Shown here one piece after another: positions 1 to 5,437 of a DNA stretch of 64,000 nucleotides. Made by a program: the position numbers and the translations under genes. The stretch is from a virus, in the IMG/VR virus record IMGVR_UViG_3300046007_007030, one strand, 5' to 3'. How positions within the stretch are numbered: position 1 is the first letter of the stretch; each line of letters begins with the position of its first letter. The notes beneath the pieces are model-generated. The model made no database searches. It saw only the letters and a list, made by a program, of their open reading frames with translations, and was not told where the DNA came from.

Positions 1-62
1 CTCTACCTCCCGACTTCGGAGGCCCACTGCCTGGATCGATAGCGCTGAGTCGTCTAAGTTAT

Positions 63-152
63 TGGCGGAGTGGTGGCGGTATCGATCCCCTGACCCGTAG
101 GTTCCATTCGTTTTCAAGACGAAGCTAGCATCCCCGGCTAGATACGCACTCC
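63..152 (-). tRNA. tRNA-Ser(TGA)
   Basis: Cloverleaf; anticodon arm TTCGT-CT TGA AA-ACGAA, long variable arm, 3' GCCA. Confidence 0.88.
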
Positions 153-493
153 AATTGTTTTCTACCTCTATTTCTAGATTTGTAAGTATCTAATTGGCTA
201 TCGCAGTTGCTACAGACAAAACGTAAATTGCTTAGCCTGTTATCATCATTGATACCATTGATGTGATCTAAAATCAGAGGCATCGGCTTACCGTTCCAGA
301 TGGGATCAATGCCACATACTGCACAACAGTAAGGAATCTTCTTGTCTTCTATTATTCTCTTTTTGATGTGATGTCTTGCGTATGTGCTATTAGCTACAAA
401 TACATCTTCATCTTTGAATTTCTTAGCCTTGTTGAAGGCTACGATATTTGCGGTAGTTATTGGGTTACCGCCACCACCTTTTTTCTTCTGCAT
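125..493 (-). CDS. HNH homing endonuclease
   Basis: CAVC...LILDHINGINDDNRLSNLRFVCSNC HNH/Zn motif; AGGAGG RBS; AT-rich; stop codon lies inside tRNA-Ser. Confidence 0.88.
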   Translation of the reverse strand: MQKKKGGGGNPITTANIVAFNKAKKFKDEDVFVANSTYARHHIKKRIIEDKKIPYCCAVCGIDPIWNGKPMPLILDHINGINDDNRLSNLRFVCSNCDSQLDTYKSRNRGRKQLECVSSRGC

Positions 494-587
494 ATAAGAT
501 CCTCCTAGATCTATATATGCTTCCAGTGGTATCTGGAACAGCTGGAACTAAAATTATTTTAGCATCCCCGGCTAGATACGCACTCCA
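126..587. repeat. 28-bp direct repeat (126-153 and 560-587) equal to the 5' end of tRNA-Ser, flanking the HNH gene
   Basis: TAGCATCCCCGGCTAGATACGCACTCCA is identical at both positions. Confidence 0.95.
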
Positions 588-634
588 TATTGAGGACCGG
601 CCCGTACGCATCTGCGCAGAGGGACCGGCCATAT

Positions 635-711
635 TGGCTGCTCGAGTAGGGATCGAACCTACGACATCCTGATTAACAGTCAGGCGCAACTACCAGCTGT
701 GCTACCGAGCA
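635..711 (-). tRNA. tRNA-Asn(GTT)
   Basis: CCTGA-CT GTT AA-TCAGG; T loop GGTTCGATCC; CCA end. Confidence 0.93.
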
Positions 712-737
712 ATATTCGCACCGATTTCTTAGAGTGG

Positions 738-1088
738 TTACGGCCTCCACTTCTTTCCTAGTACTTCTATCTTGACTCTGCAGACGCCTAGGCATCCTAT
801 CTTCATGGCAGCGCCTCGAGAGAGGTCTATGGTACGACCCGGTGTGAATGGGCCGCGATCGTTTATCCTGACTACTACTGACTTCTTCTTATACGTCACT
901 CTTACGAATGTGCCGAATGGCAGTGTCTTGTGAGCCGCAGTCATAGCCCACTGATTGAATCTCTCACCATTAGCCGTGAGACGGCCGTGGAACCCTGGAC
1001 CATACCAGGAAGCTACAGACGAATTTGCCGGGGTCGACCAGACGACTAGTGCCATCAGGAGTGCCGCGACTCTTATCTTCTTAGCCAT
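738..1088 (-). CDS. rlpA: RlpA-like double-psi beta-barrel protein (lytic transglycosylase family) with signal peptide
   Basis: [45 protein letters not shown] motifs. Confidence 0.9.
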   Translation of the reverse strand: MAKKIRVAALLMALVVWSTPANSSVASWYGPGFHGRLTANGERFNQWAMTAAHKTLPFGTFVRVTYKKKSVVVRINDRGPFTPGRTIDLSRGAAMKIGCLGVCRVKIEVLGKKWRP

Positions 1089-1156
1089 TTATTCTCCTAT
1101 CGTTGCAGTGTACCCTGATTTGGATTCATTGTACACGGTTTTTTTAGTAGAATGGA

Positions 1157-1233
1157 TGGAGATCGCCGAGGGACTCAAACCCCCAACCTCTGCGTTCGTA
1201 GCGCAGTGCTCTATTCGGTTGAGCTAGGCGACC
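1157..1233 (-). tRNA. tRNA-Arg(ACG)
   Basis: CTGCG-CT ACG AA-CGCAG; CCA end. Confidence 0.9.
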
Positions 1234-1280
1234 GTTCTGTGAGAAGTGTCTAATCGCTGTATGTCTATAGTATGTATAGT

Positions 1281-1356
1281 TGGAGGAGCCGAGTGGATTT
1301 GAACCACCACCTCAAGGATTTGCAGTCCCGCACATTAACCGTTTTGCTACGGCTCC
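1281..1356 (-). tRNA. tRNA-Cys(GCA)
   Basis: GGA-CT GCA AA-TCC; U73 discriminator; CCA end. Confidence 0.9.
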
Positions 1357-1360
1357 ATAT

Positions 1361-1434
1361 TGGCTGCCCTTCGTGGATTCGAACCACAATAGCCAGAGTC
1401 AGAGTCTGGAGTCCTACCGTTAGACGAAAGAGCA
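1361..1434 (-). tRNA. tRNA-Gln(CTG)
   Basis: CCAGA-CT CTG AC-TCTGG; U1-A72; CCA end. Confidence 0.92.
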
Positions 1435-1443
1435 ATAATAAAT

Positions 1444-1540
1444 TGGTGGCTACTCACCCTTTGTAGCCTTCGTCTACGATTTCCCTTTGCACCTACAAAG
1501 TAGTAAGAGAGGCAACACATCCGGATGGCGCGCAGATCGA
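1444..1540 (-). ncRNA. Putative CCA-terminated hairpin RNA (not a tRNA)
   Basis: Ends ACCA in the tRNA orientation; CTTTGTAG/CTACAAAG stem (1459-1466/1493-1500) extended by G-U pairs; no T or D arm. Confidence 0.4.
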
Positions 1541-1542
1541 AT

Positions 1543-1616
1543 TGGTCCCGAGTGGTGGAATCGAACCACCGTATCCGGCTCCACAAACCGGCGTTCTACC
1601 ATTGAACTAAAACGGG
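1543..1616 (-). tRNA. tRNA-His(GTG), no G-1, A73
   Basis: CCGGT-TT GTG GA-GCCGG; 3' GGGACCA; the base before position 1 is A. Confidence 0.88.
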
Positions 1617-1617
1617 T

Positions 1618-1692
1618 TGGTAGCTCTAGCGGGAATCGAACCCGCCTCTCCACCTTGAGAGGGTGACGACCTAGCCGATAGTCGATAGAGCC
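1618..1692 (-). tRNA. tRNA-Glu(CTC)
   Basis: TCACC-CT CTC AA-GGTGG; CCA end. Confidence 0.92.
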
Positions 1693-1699
1693 ATATTTC

Positions 1700-1774
1700 T
1701 GGTAGCCCATACGGGACTCGAACCCGTTTCTGATCCTTGAAAGGGACCTGACCTAACCCGTAGTCGAATGGGCC
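1700..1774 (-). tRNA. tRNA-Glu(TTC)
   Basis: GGTCC-CT TTC AA-GGATC; CCA end. Confidence 0.92.
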
Positions 1775-1775
1775 T

Positions 1776-1852
1776 TGGTGCTCACGAGAGGACTCGAACC
1801 TCCAACGTCTGCCACCTCAAGGCAGTGACTCTACCAGTTGGCCTACGTGAGC
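1776..1852 (-). tRNA. tRNA-Leu(GAG) with short variable loop
   Basis: CTGCC-TT GAG GT-GGCAG; variable region only 5 nt; A73; CCA end. Confidence 0.85.
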
Positions 1853-1857
1853 GATAG

Positions 1858-1934
1858 TGGTTGCGGGTGCCCGAGTCGAACGGACGTCTTTGGCGTATGA
1901 GACCAAGCTGGAACCACCTCCAGTCTAACCCGCA
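1858..1934 (-). tRNA. tRNA-Met(CAT)
   Basis: TTGGT-CT CAT AC-GCCAA; TGCGGGT/ACCCGCA acceptor; CCA end. Confidence 0.85.
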
Positions 1935-1939
1935 ATGAA

Positions 1940-2015
1940 TGGTGTGCCCTCTGGGACTCGAACCCAGGACCTGCCGGTTAAAAGCCGGACGCTCTAACCA
2001 CTGAGCTAAGGGCGC
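1940..2015 (-). tRNA. tRNA-Lys(TTT)
   Basis: CCGG-CT TTT AA-CCGG; CCA end. Confidence 0.93.
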
Positions 2016-2053
2016 ATATATAATGAGTCAATCCTAACACAAATGAGGATAAT

Positions 2054-2338
2054 ATGGAACCGTTTATTTCACAGATCATCTACATGCCATTCTCTCGCAA
2101 GATCGACGGCTTCTTGCCGTGCAGAGGCGACAGTCTGTCTATCAATGGCAACGAGGCTCTCTACTCTCTCATCGGCACCAAGTTCGGTGGAGACGGCAGC
2201 AGTCACTTCAACATTCCGGATCTTCGTCCATGGAATGATGTAGGTCCTGACTACGGTCGTCACACTCGTCGCGAGTGGCATCAAGATGAGCTAGTTCCTC
2301 ACATCGCTATTGCTGGTATCTATCCGGCGTTCGCCTGA
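2054..2338 (+). CDS. Stand-alone phage tail collar-domain protein
   Basis: MEPFISQI...GFLPCRGDSLSINGNEALYSLIGTKFGGDG..HFNIPDLR and C-terminal IAIAGIYP; GAGG RBS. Confidence 0.85.
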   Translation: MEPFISQIIYMPFSRKIDGFLPCRGDSLSINGNEALYSLIGTKFGGDGSSHFNIPDLRPWNDVGPDYGRHTRREWHQDELVPHIAIAGIYPAFA

Positions 2339-2339
2339 T

Positions 2340-2413
2340 TGGCTGGGAGTCTAGGATTCGAACCTAGATAGCGGGATTCAAAGCCCCGCGTCCTGCCGTT
2401 AGACGAACTCCCA
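2340..2413 (-). tRNA. tRNA-Gln(TTG)
   Basis: CGGGG-CT TTG AA-TCCCG; CCA end. Confidence 0.92.
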
Positions 2414-2419
2414 ATAAAC

Positions 2420-2486
2420 TGGTTCCAGCGACGGATTCGAACCGTACTTTGGTAGTGTGCACCTACCGCCCCAGGCTATGCTAGAA
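2420..2486 (-). ncRNA. Minimal tRNA-like RNA or pseudo-tRNA (reduced D arm)
   Basis: TCTAGC/GCTGGA acceptor plus ACCA; T arm ACGG-TTCGAAT-CCGT; GGTAG-GTGCACA-CTACC arm; D arm only GCC-TGG-GGC. Confidence 0.6.
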
Positions 2487-2493
2487 ATAAATT

Positions 2494-2615
2494 TGGTGTG
2501 AGAGGTTGGACTTGAACCAACAATGTCACCCTGACTCATCATCTTGCGAAGATGACTTACGGATTCGAACCGCCTACTGCCCGCCGGCAGGTGTTTACCC
2601 TTTCACCACTCTCAC
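2494..2615 (-). ncRNA. 122-nt tRNA-like RNA with the anticodon arm replaced by a module carrying a second T-loop
   Basis: Perfect GTGAGAG/CTCTCAC acceptor plus ACCA, D arm, T arm GTTGG-TTCAAGT-CCAAC; internal CGG-TTCGAAT-CCG and GTCATCTT/AAGATGAT hairpins. Confidence 0.7.
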
Positions 2616-2620
2616 ATAAT

Positions 2621-2695
2621 TGGTTGGCACAGAAGGTAACGATCCTTCCACCCCTGTCTTATCAGGACAGTGCTCTACCTCTGAGCTATGCGCCA
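2621..2695 (-). tRNA. tRNA-Ile(GAT)
   Basis: CTGTC-CT GAT AA-GACAG; CCA end. Confidence 0.9.
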
Positions 2696-2820
2696 GTGAT
2701 TCGTTACACCTTACAGGTTAAGCCCTTTCGCGAACAGAGTCAGCAATCCTGTATTCATAGGCTTTCCCTCATGTTGGGCCTATTAGGTCTCCCCTGTCTT
2801 ATCTAGAAAGACGGGTAATT

Positions 2821-2904
2821 TGGTGGGCAGGTGCGGTTACGATCCACTCCCTTTAAGGATGGGTTTTACAGACCCACTGCTAGAACCACTAGCTTTACCT
2901 ACCC
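2821..2904 (-). tRNA. tRNA-Tyr(GTA)
   Basis: TGGGT-CT GTA AA-ACCCA; long variable arm; CCA end. Confidence 0.88.
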
Positions 2905-3100
2905 GAAACTTGCTGAGCCTCACGCGGTCGGCTCGAATGTCGTCTGTAACTTGGCGACACATTCACAGTAACGTTATTCCGTTCTCAAGCGAACGGCGTC
3001 CTGTGCGATGGTGACAGATCAAACTTGATGTCAGTCTCACAGTTATTCGACTGACTGTCTGACATTCATGACGCGCATTGCTGCTACGTAGTCAGATCAT
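2905..3100 (-). ncRNA. Putative multi-hairpin ncRNA (about 200 nt)
   Basis: Stems ATGTCAG/CTGACAT, ACAGT/ACTGT, CACAG/CTGTG, CCGTTC/GAACGG, GAGCC/GGCTC; no credible ORF. Confidence 0.45.
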
Positions 3101-3103
3101 TAT

Positions 3104-3178
3104 TGGTGGACCCTAAGAGAATCGAACTCTTACTTTCTGCGTGCAAAGCAGATGTGCTCCCATTATCACTAAGGGCCC
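3104..3178 (-). tRNA. tRNA-Ala(TGC)
   Basis: TCTGC-TT TGC AC-GCAGA; G3:U70 pair; CCA end. Confidence 0.93.
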
Positions 3179-3183
3179 GTTAT

Positions 3184-3257
3184 TGGCACCAGTGCAAGGA
3201 TTCGAACCCTGACAGACGGTTTTGGAGACCGGCGTGCTACCGTTACACTACACTGAT
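3184..3257 (-). tRNA. tRNA-Trp(CCA)
   Basis: CGGT-CT CCA AA-ACCG; G73; CCA end. Confidence 0.92.
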
Positions 3258-3263
3258 ATGAAT

Positions 3264-3341
3264 TGGTCTAGGTGGCAGGATTTGAACCTGCGATCCCCTG
3301 CTCCCAAGGCAGGTGCGATGGCCAGACTTCGCTACACCTAG
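3264..3341 (-). tRNA. tRNA-Pro(TGG)
   Basis: CCTGC-CT TGG GA-GCAGG; C1-G72; CCA end. Confidence 0.92.
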
Positions 3342-3347
3342 TTCTAA

Positions 3348-3421
3348 TGGCGATCCTGACGGGACTCGAACCCGCCTTCTCGGATAGACAGTCCGAGGCC
3401 TTCCCTGACGGCAACAGGACC
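3348..3421 (-). tRNA. tRNA-Asp(GTC)
   Basis: TCGGA-CT GTC TA-TCCGA; G73; CCA end. Confidence 0.9.
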
Positions 3422-3427
3422 TTGAAT

Positions 3428-3502
3428 TGGAGGACCGGGTGAGAGTCGAACTCACACCTTGCAGATTAAGAGTCTGGTGCACTACCATTGTGCTACCGGT
3501 CC
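3428..3502 (-). tRNA. tRNA-Lys(CTT)
   Basis: CAGA-CT CTT AA-TCTG; CCA end. Confidence 0.9.
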
Positions 3503-3507
3503 ATGAT

Positions 3508-3583
3508 TGGCTGAAGAGGCAGGGCTCGAACCTGCGACCGTCCCGTTAACAGCGGGATGCTCTACCAACTGAGCTACACTTCA
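3508..3583 (-). tRNA. tRNA-Asn(GTT), second copy
   Basis: TCCCG-CT GTT AA-CGGGA; CCA end. Confidence 0.92.
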
Positions 3584-3588
3584 ATGTG

Positions 3589-3715
3589 TCTTATCACTTC
3601 AGATATGCACCGACGGTTTCGAAGCCGTCCACCTTGAACGCTCCATACGGGGCGTGGCTGTGTCCTACACGGGGCGGTAGCTACAACGCCCTGGTGCATA
3701 TCTGAAGAGATAAGA
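3589..3715 (-). ncRNA. Putative structured RNA: long closing helix with a multibranch head
   Basis: Perfect 15-bp inverted repeat 3597-3611/3693-3707 plus a 7-bp extension, enclosing three hairpins. Confidence 0.55.
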
Positions 3716-3809
3716 GTAAGAATGAAACTCGCCGGAAACCACTTGTACGCTCAAAGAGTCCACGTACCGGTCGAGTTCGCTCGGTATCGGCCGAGCACCG
3801 TATTCTTAC
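3716..3809 (-). ncRNA. Putative structured RNA
   Basis: GTAAGAAT/ATTCTTAC closing stem; AACTCG-CCGG/CCGG-T-CGAGTT and GCTCGG/CCGAGC stems. Confidence 0.45.
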
Positions 3810-3838
3810 CTTTTACACAGCCGACTAAAAAATGTCAA
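3810..3838 (-). promoter_or_regulatory. Possible sigma70-type promoter directly upstream of the RNA array
   Basis: TTGACA-N17-TAAAAG with the same TTGACATTTTT(T)AG motif as the 4262 and 4773 promoters; -10 is weak. Confidence 0.45.
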
Positions 3839-4041
3839 CTGTCTTTTTCATCGAGGTCGTTAAAAGATTGTCGCCTCGGAACCTGATCGAAAGATCCCTT
3901 CGCGAAGACGACGGTATCCTCCGGTGCGATCTCTCGTTGTGCCCGCTGGTCCCACCCTCGATGGATGAAGTCCGGCGAACCGAATGTGCGGCATGCTCGA
4001 GTATACTCGTCGCCGCGAAAACCAACGAAGTGAACTGCCAT
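3835..4041 (-). CDS. Hypothetical 68-aa protein, first gene after the attenuator
   Basis: ATG with AGGAG RBS immediately after the terminator U-tract; globular-looking sequence. Confidence 0.7.
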   Translation of the reverse strand: MAVHFVGFRGDEYTRACRTFGSPDFIHRGWDQRAQREIAPEDTVVFAKGSFDQVPRRQSFNDLDEKDS

Positions 4042-4053
4042 AGCTCTACTCCT

Positions 4054-4090
4054 AAAAGAAAAGGCCTCGGAGACTTTCGTCTGCGAGGCC
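4054..4090 (-). terminator. Intrinsic terminator (attenuator)
   Basis: GGCCTCG-CAGAC-GAAA-GTCT-CCGAGGCC followed by TTTTCTTTT. Confidence 0.88.
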
Positions 4091-4135
4091 CTGAATCTTA
4101 CGTGTGTCTTAGATCACGTCAAGATGCAGTGCCTC
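4085..4135 (-). promoter_or_regulatory. Antiterminator hairpin, mutually exclusive with the 4054-4090 terminator
   Basis: GAGGCACTG-C-ATCTT-G-ACGTG pairs with CACGT-AAGAT-T-CAGGGCCTC and sequesters the terminator 5' arm. Confidence 0.75.
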
Positions 4136-4208
4136 CACTACCGACCCACTGCTTGCGCGGGGTGGCTTCGAAGGATGCTAGATAATTATGAATCGACTGC
4201 GTAGACAC
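4119..4208 (-). CDS. Putative attenuator leader peptide MSTQSIHNYLASFEATPRKQWVGSGGTAS (29 aa)
   Basis: GGAG RBS 6 nt before a GTG start; TGA stop lies inside the antiterminator 5' arm; absent from the ORF track. Confidence 0.72.
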   Translation of the reverse strand: MSTQSIHNYLASFEATPRKQWVGSGGTAS

Positions 4209-4233
4209 TACGAACTCCGTTGTTCTTGATCTA

Positions 4234-4262
4234 TATATGCCGCGACACGCTAAAAATGTCAA
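4234..4262 (-). promoter_or_regulatory. sigma70-type promoter for the leader/tRNA unit
   Basis: TTGACA-N17-CATATA. Confidence 0.65.
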
Positions 4263-4283
4263 TGCCGCGGCATATTTTTTTTC

Positions 4284-4709
4284 TCAGGCCTGACGAGCAG
4301 CGAGCTTCTGCTTCTTGATGAACTCGCGGATCATCGCGGTAGCCGGCTTCTCGATCACTACCTCGGCGGCAGGAGCATCAGCAGCGACTGGAGTCGACTC
4401 CTTCGACTTCTTCTTCTTCTTAGCGTACTCCTTGCCAACCTTCTTCATCACGTCCTGTATCTTAACAGTCTTGGGCTCCTTGGCAACCTTAGCTGCCTTG
4501 GCAGACTTCCAGGGAGTGTCGTCTGGCTGGAACTTCGAGATGAGACCGTGCTTGATCATGTACTTGTAGTAAGCACGACCGGCGTACTTGTTGAGGTCGA
4601 GGGCGACTGAGATCATATGAGCGACCTCGAAGAAGTCCTTGTCGAGGTTCTCCTCGATGATCTTGATGGCGGTGGCTTTCTTAGAGCCGCGGGGGAAGGT
4701 GTTGGTCAT
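4284..4709 (-). CDS. Hypothetical Lys-rich early protein
   Basis: Good codon usage, AGGA RBS, strong upstream promoter. Confidence 0.75.
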   Translation of the reverse strand: MTNTFPRGSKKATAIKIIEENLDKDFFEVAHMISVALDLNKYAGRAYYKYMIKHGLISKFQPDDTPWKSAKAAKVAKEPKTVKIQDVMKKVGKEYAKKKKKSKESTPVAADAPAAEVVIEKPATAMIREFIKKQKLAARQA

Positions 4710-4743
4710 GATGTATATCCTATGTTTGTTTCACTGTAGTCAC

Positions 4744-4773
4744 ATTATACACCGGTTGGCTAAAAAATGTCAA
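4744..4773 (-). promoter_or_regulatory. Early sigma70-type promoter
   Basis: TTGACA-N18-TATAAT with extended TG. Confidence 0.8.
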
Positions 4774-4877
4774 CCGTAAAATTCGAAGAGAGTTCCCAGG
4801 GTTCATGCACTAGGTGCGTCATCTGCAGGTCACTCACAACCCTCATATTCGTAGAGTACCCTATTCAGGGAAATATG

Positions 4878-5015
4878 TCAACGGTTGAGTTGCTGAAAGC
4901 ACACGTCGTAGGAGTGTTTCTCTTGACAGGCCGACATGGCCGAGCTGTCGATGATGTTGAGGGCCACCAAGATGGTGAGACCGATCATGGCGATCAGGAT
5001 GAGAGAGCTCTTCAT
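4878..5015 (-). CDS. Small membrane protein (one TM helix, two Cys)
   Basis: MKSSLILIAMIGLTILVALNII...C...C; start re-called at 5015. Confidence 0.55.
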   Translation of the reverse strand: MKSSLILIAMIGLTILVALNIIDSSAMSACQEKHSYDVCFQQLNR

Positions 5016-5122
5016 GTAGATTACCGTGTTTCCCTGTGTTTCCATTATTAGTACCTTACTCAGGGTGCCCATAAATGTACATGCCTAAAACGCAAAAAAG
5101 CGCCCAGGGAGCTAAAAAAATT

Positions 5123-5216
5123 AAAGCCAACAAAATCAATAACTTAAGCATCCGGCAGCTCCGGAAGCAAGTCATTGAAATTGTTGGCTTTTTAAGCCAT
5201 TGATTTTGTTAGCTTT
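5123..5216. promoter_or_regulatory. Three IHF-consensus boxes in an inverted/direct repeat arrangement
   Basis: AATCAATAACTTA (+), TTTCAATGACTTG and AATCAATGGCTTA (-), each flanked by AAAGC(C/T)AACAA. Confidence 0.6.
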
Positions 5217-5220
5217 TAGT

Positions 5221-5382
5221 TCAGAGGGCCTTCAAGAGATAAAGGATCTCAGTAGATGTAGGTTCCCTGCCCAGGGAGTTCTTCAAAAAGAGATACTCTT
5301 TTAGATACTCCACTTTGAACATCTTGACGACGCCATCTTCAGGGTCATTCCACAGGTCTATGAGTCTTGATAAGAAGTGCAT
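5221..5382 (-). CDS. Unannotated 53-aa protein MHFLSRLIDLWNDPEDGVVKMFKVEY...
   Basis: AGGAG RBS; open frame from ATG 5382 to TGA 5221. Confidence 0.65.
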   Translation of the reverse strand: MHFLSRLIDLWNDPEDGVVKMFKVEYLKEYLFLKNSLGREPTSTEILYLLKAL

Positions 5383-5437
5383 GTCTTTCTCCTATTAAGC
5401 GAGCACATAAAAAGAGGGCCCTTTCGGCACCCTCTTG
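5383..5437 (-). promoter_or_regulatory. Hairpin with U-tract followed by a ROSE-like SD-sequestering hairpin
   Basis: AAGAGGG-TGCCGAAAGGG-CCCTCTTTTT, then CTCGCT-TAAT-AGGAG. Confidence 0.55.

Noticed and set aside
1-60. Hairpin CCTCCCGACTTCGGAGG at the window edge
   Set aside because: Possibly part of another array RNA, but truncated, so it cannot be assigned.
594-630. GGACCGGCC direct repeat between tRNA-Asn and the Ser fragment
   Set aside because: Only 9 bp in two copies; no supportable function.
2494-3100. tmRNA, RNase P RNA, SRP RNA or a group I intron in the array
   Set aside because: No Ala-type acceptor with tag frame, no GAGGAAAGUCC or SRP domain IV motif, and inserts too short for group I cores.
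460-3488. Short ORF-track entries overlapping tRNA genes
   Set aside because: They coincide with clear cloverleaf structures and are spurious.
63-3583. Stop-codon reassignment or suppressor tRNA
   Set aside because: No CTA/TTA/TCA anticodon seen (TGA is a Ser anticodon) and core genes are intact in the standard code.
3832-4185. 117-aa + strand ORF across the attenuator
   Set aside because: No RBS or recognisable protein; the - strand promoter, leader and terminator explain the region better.
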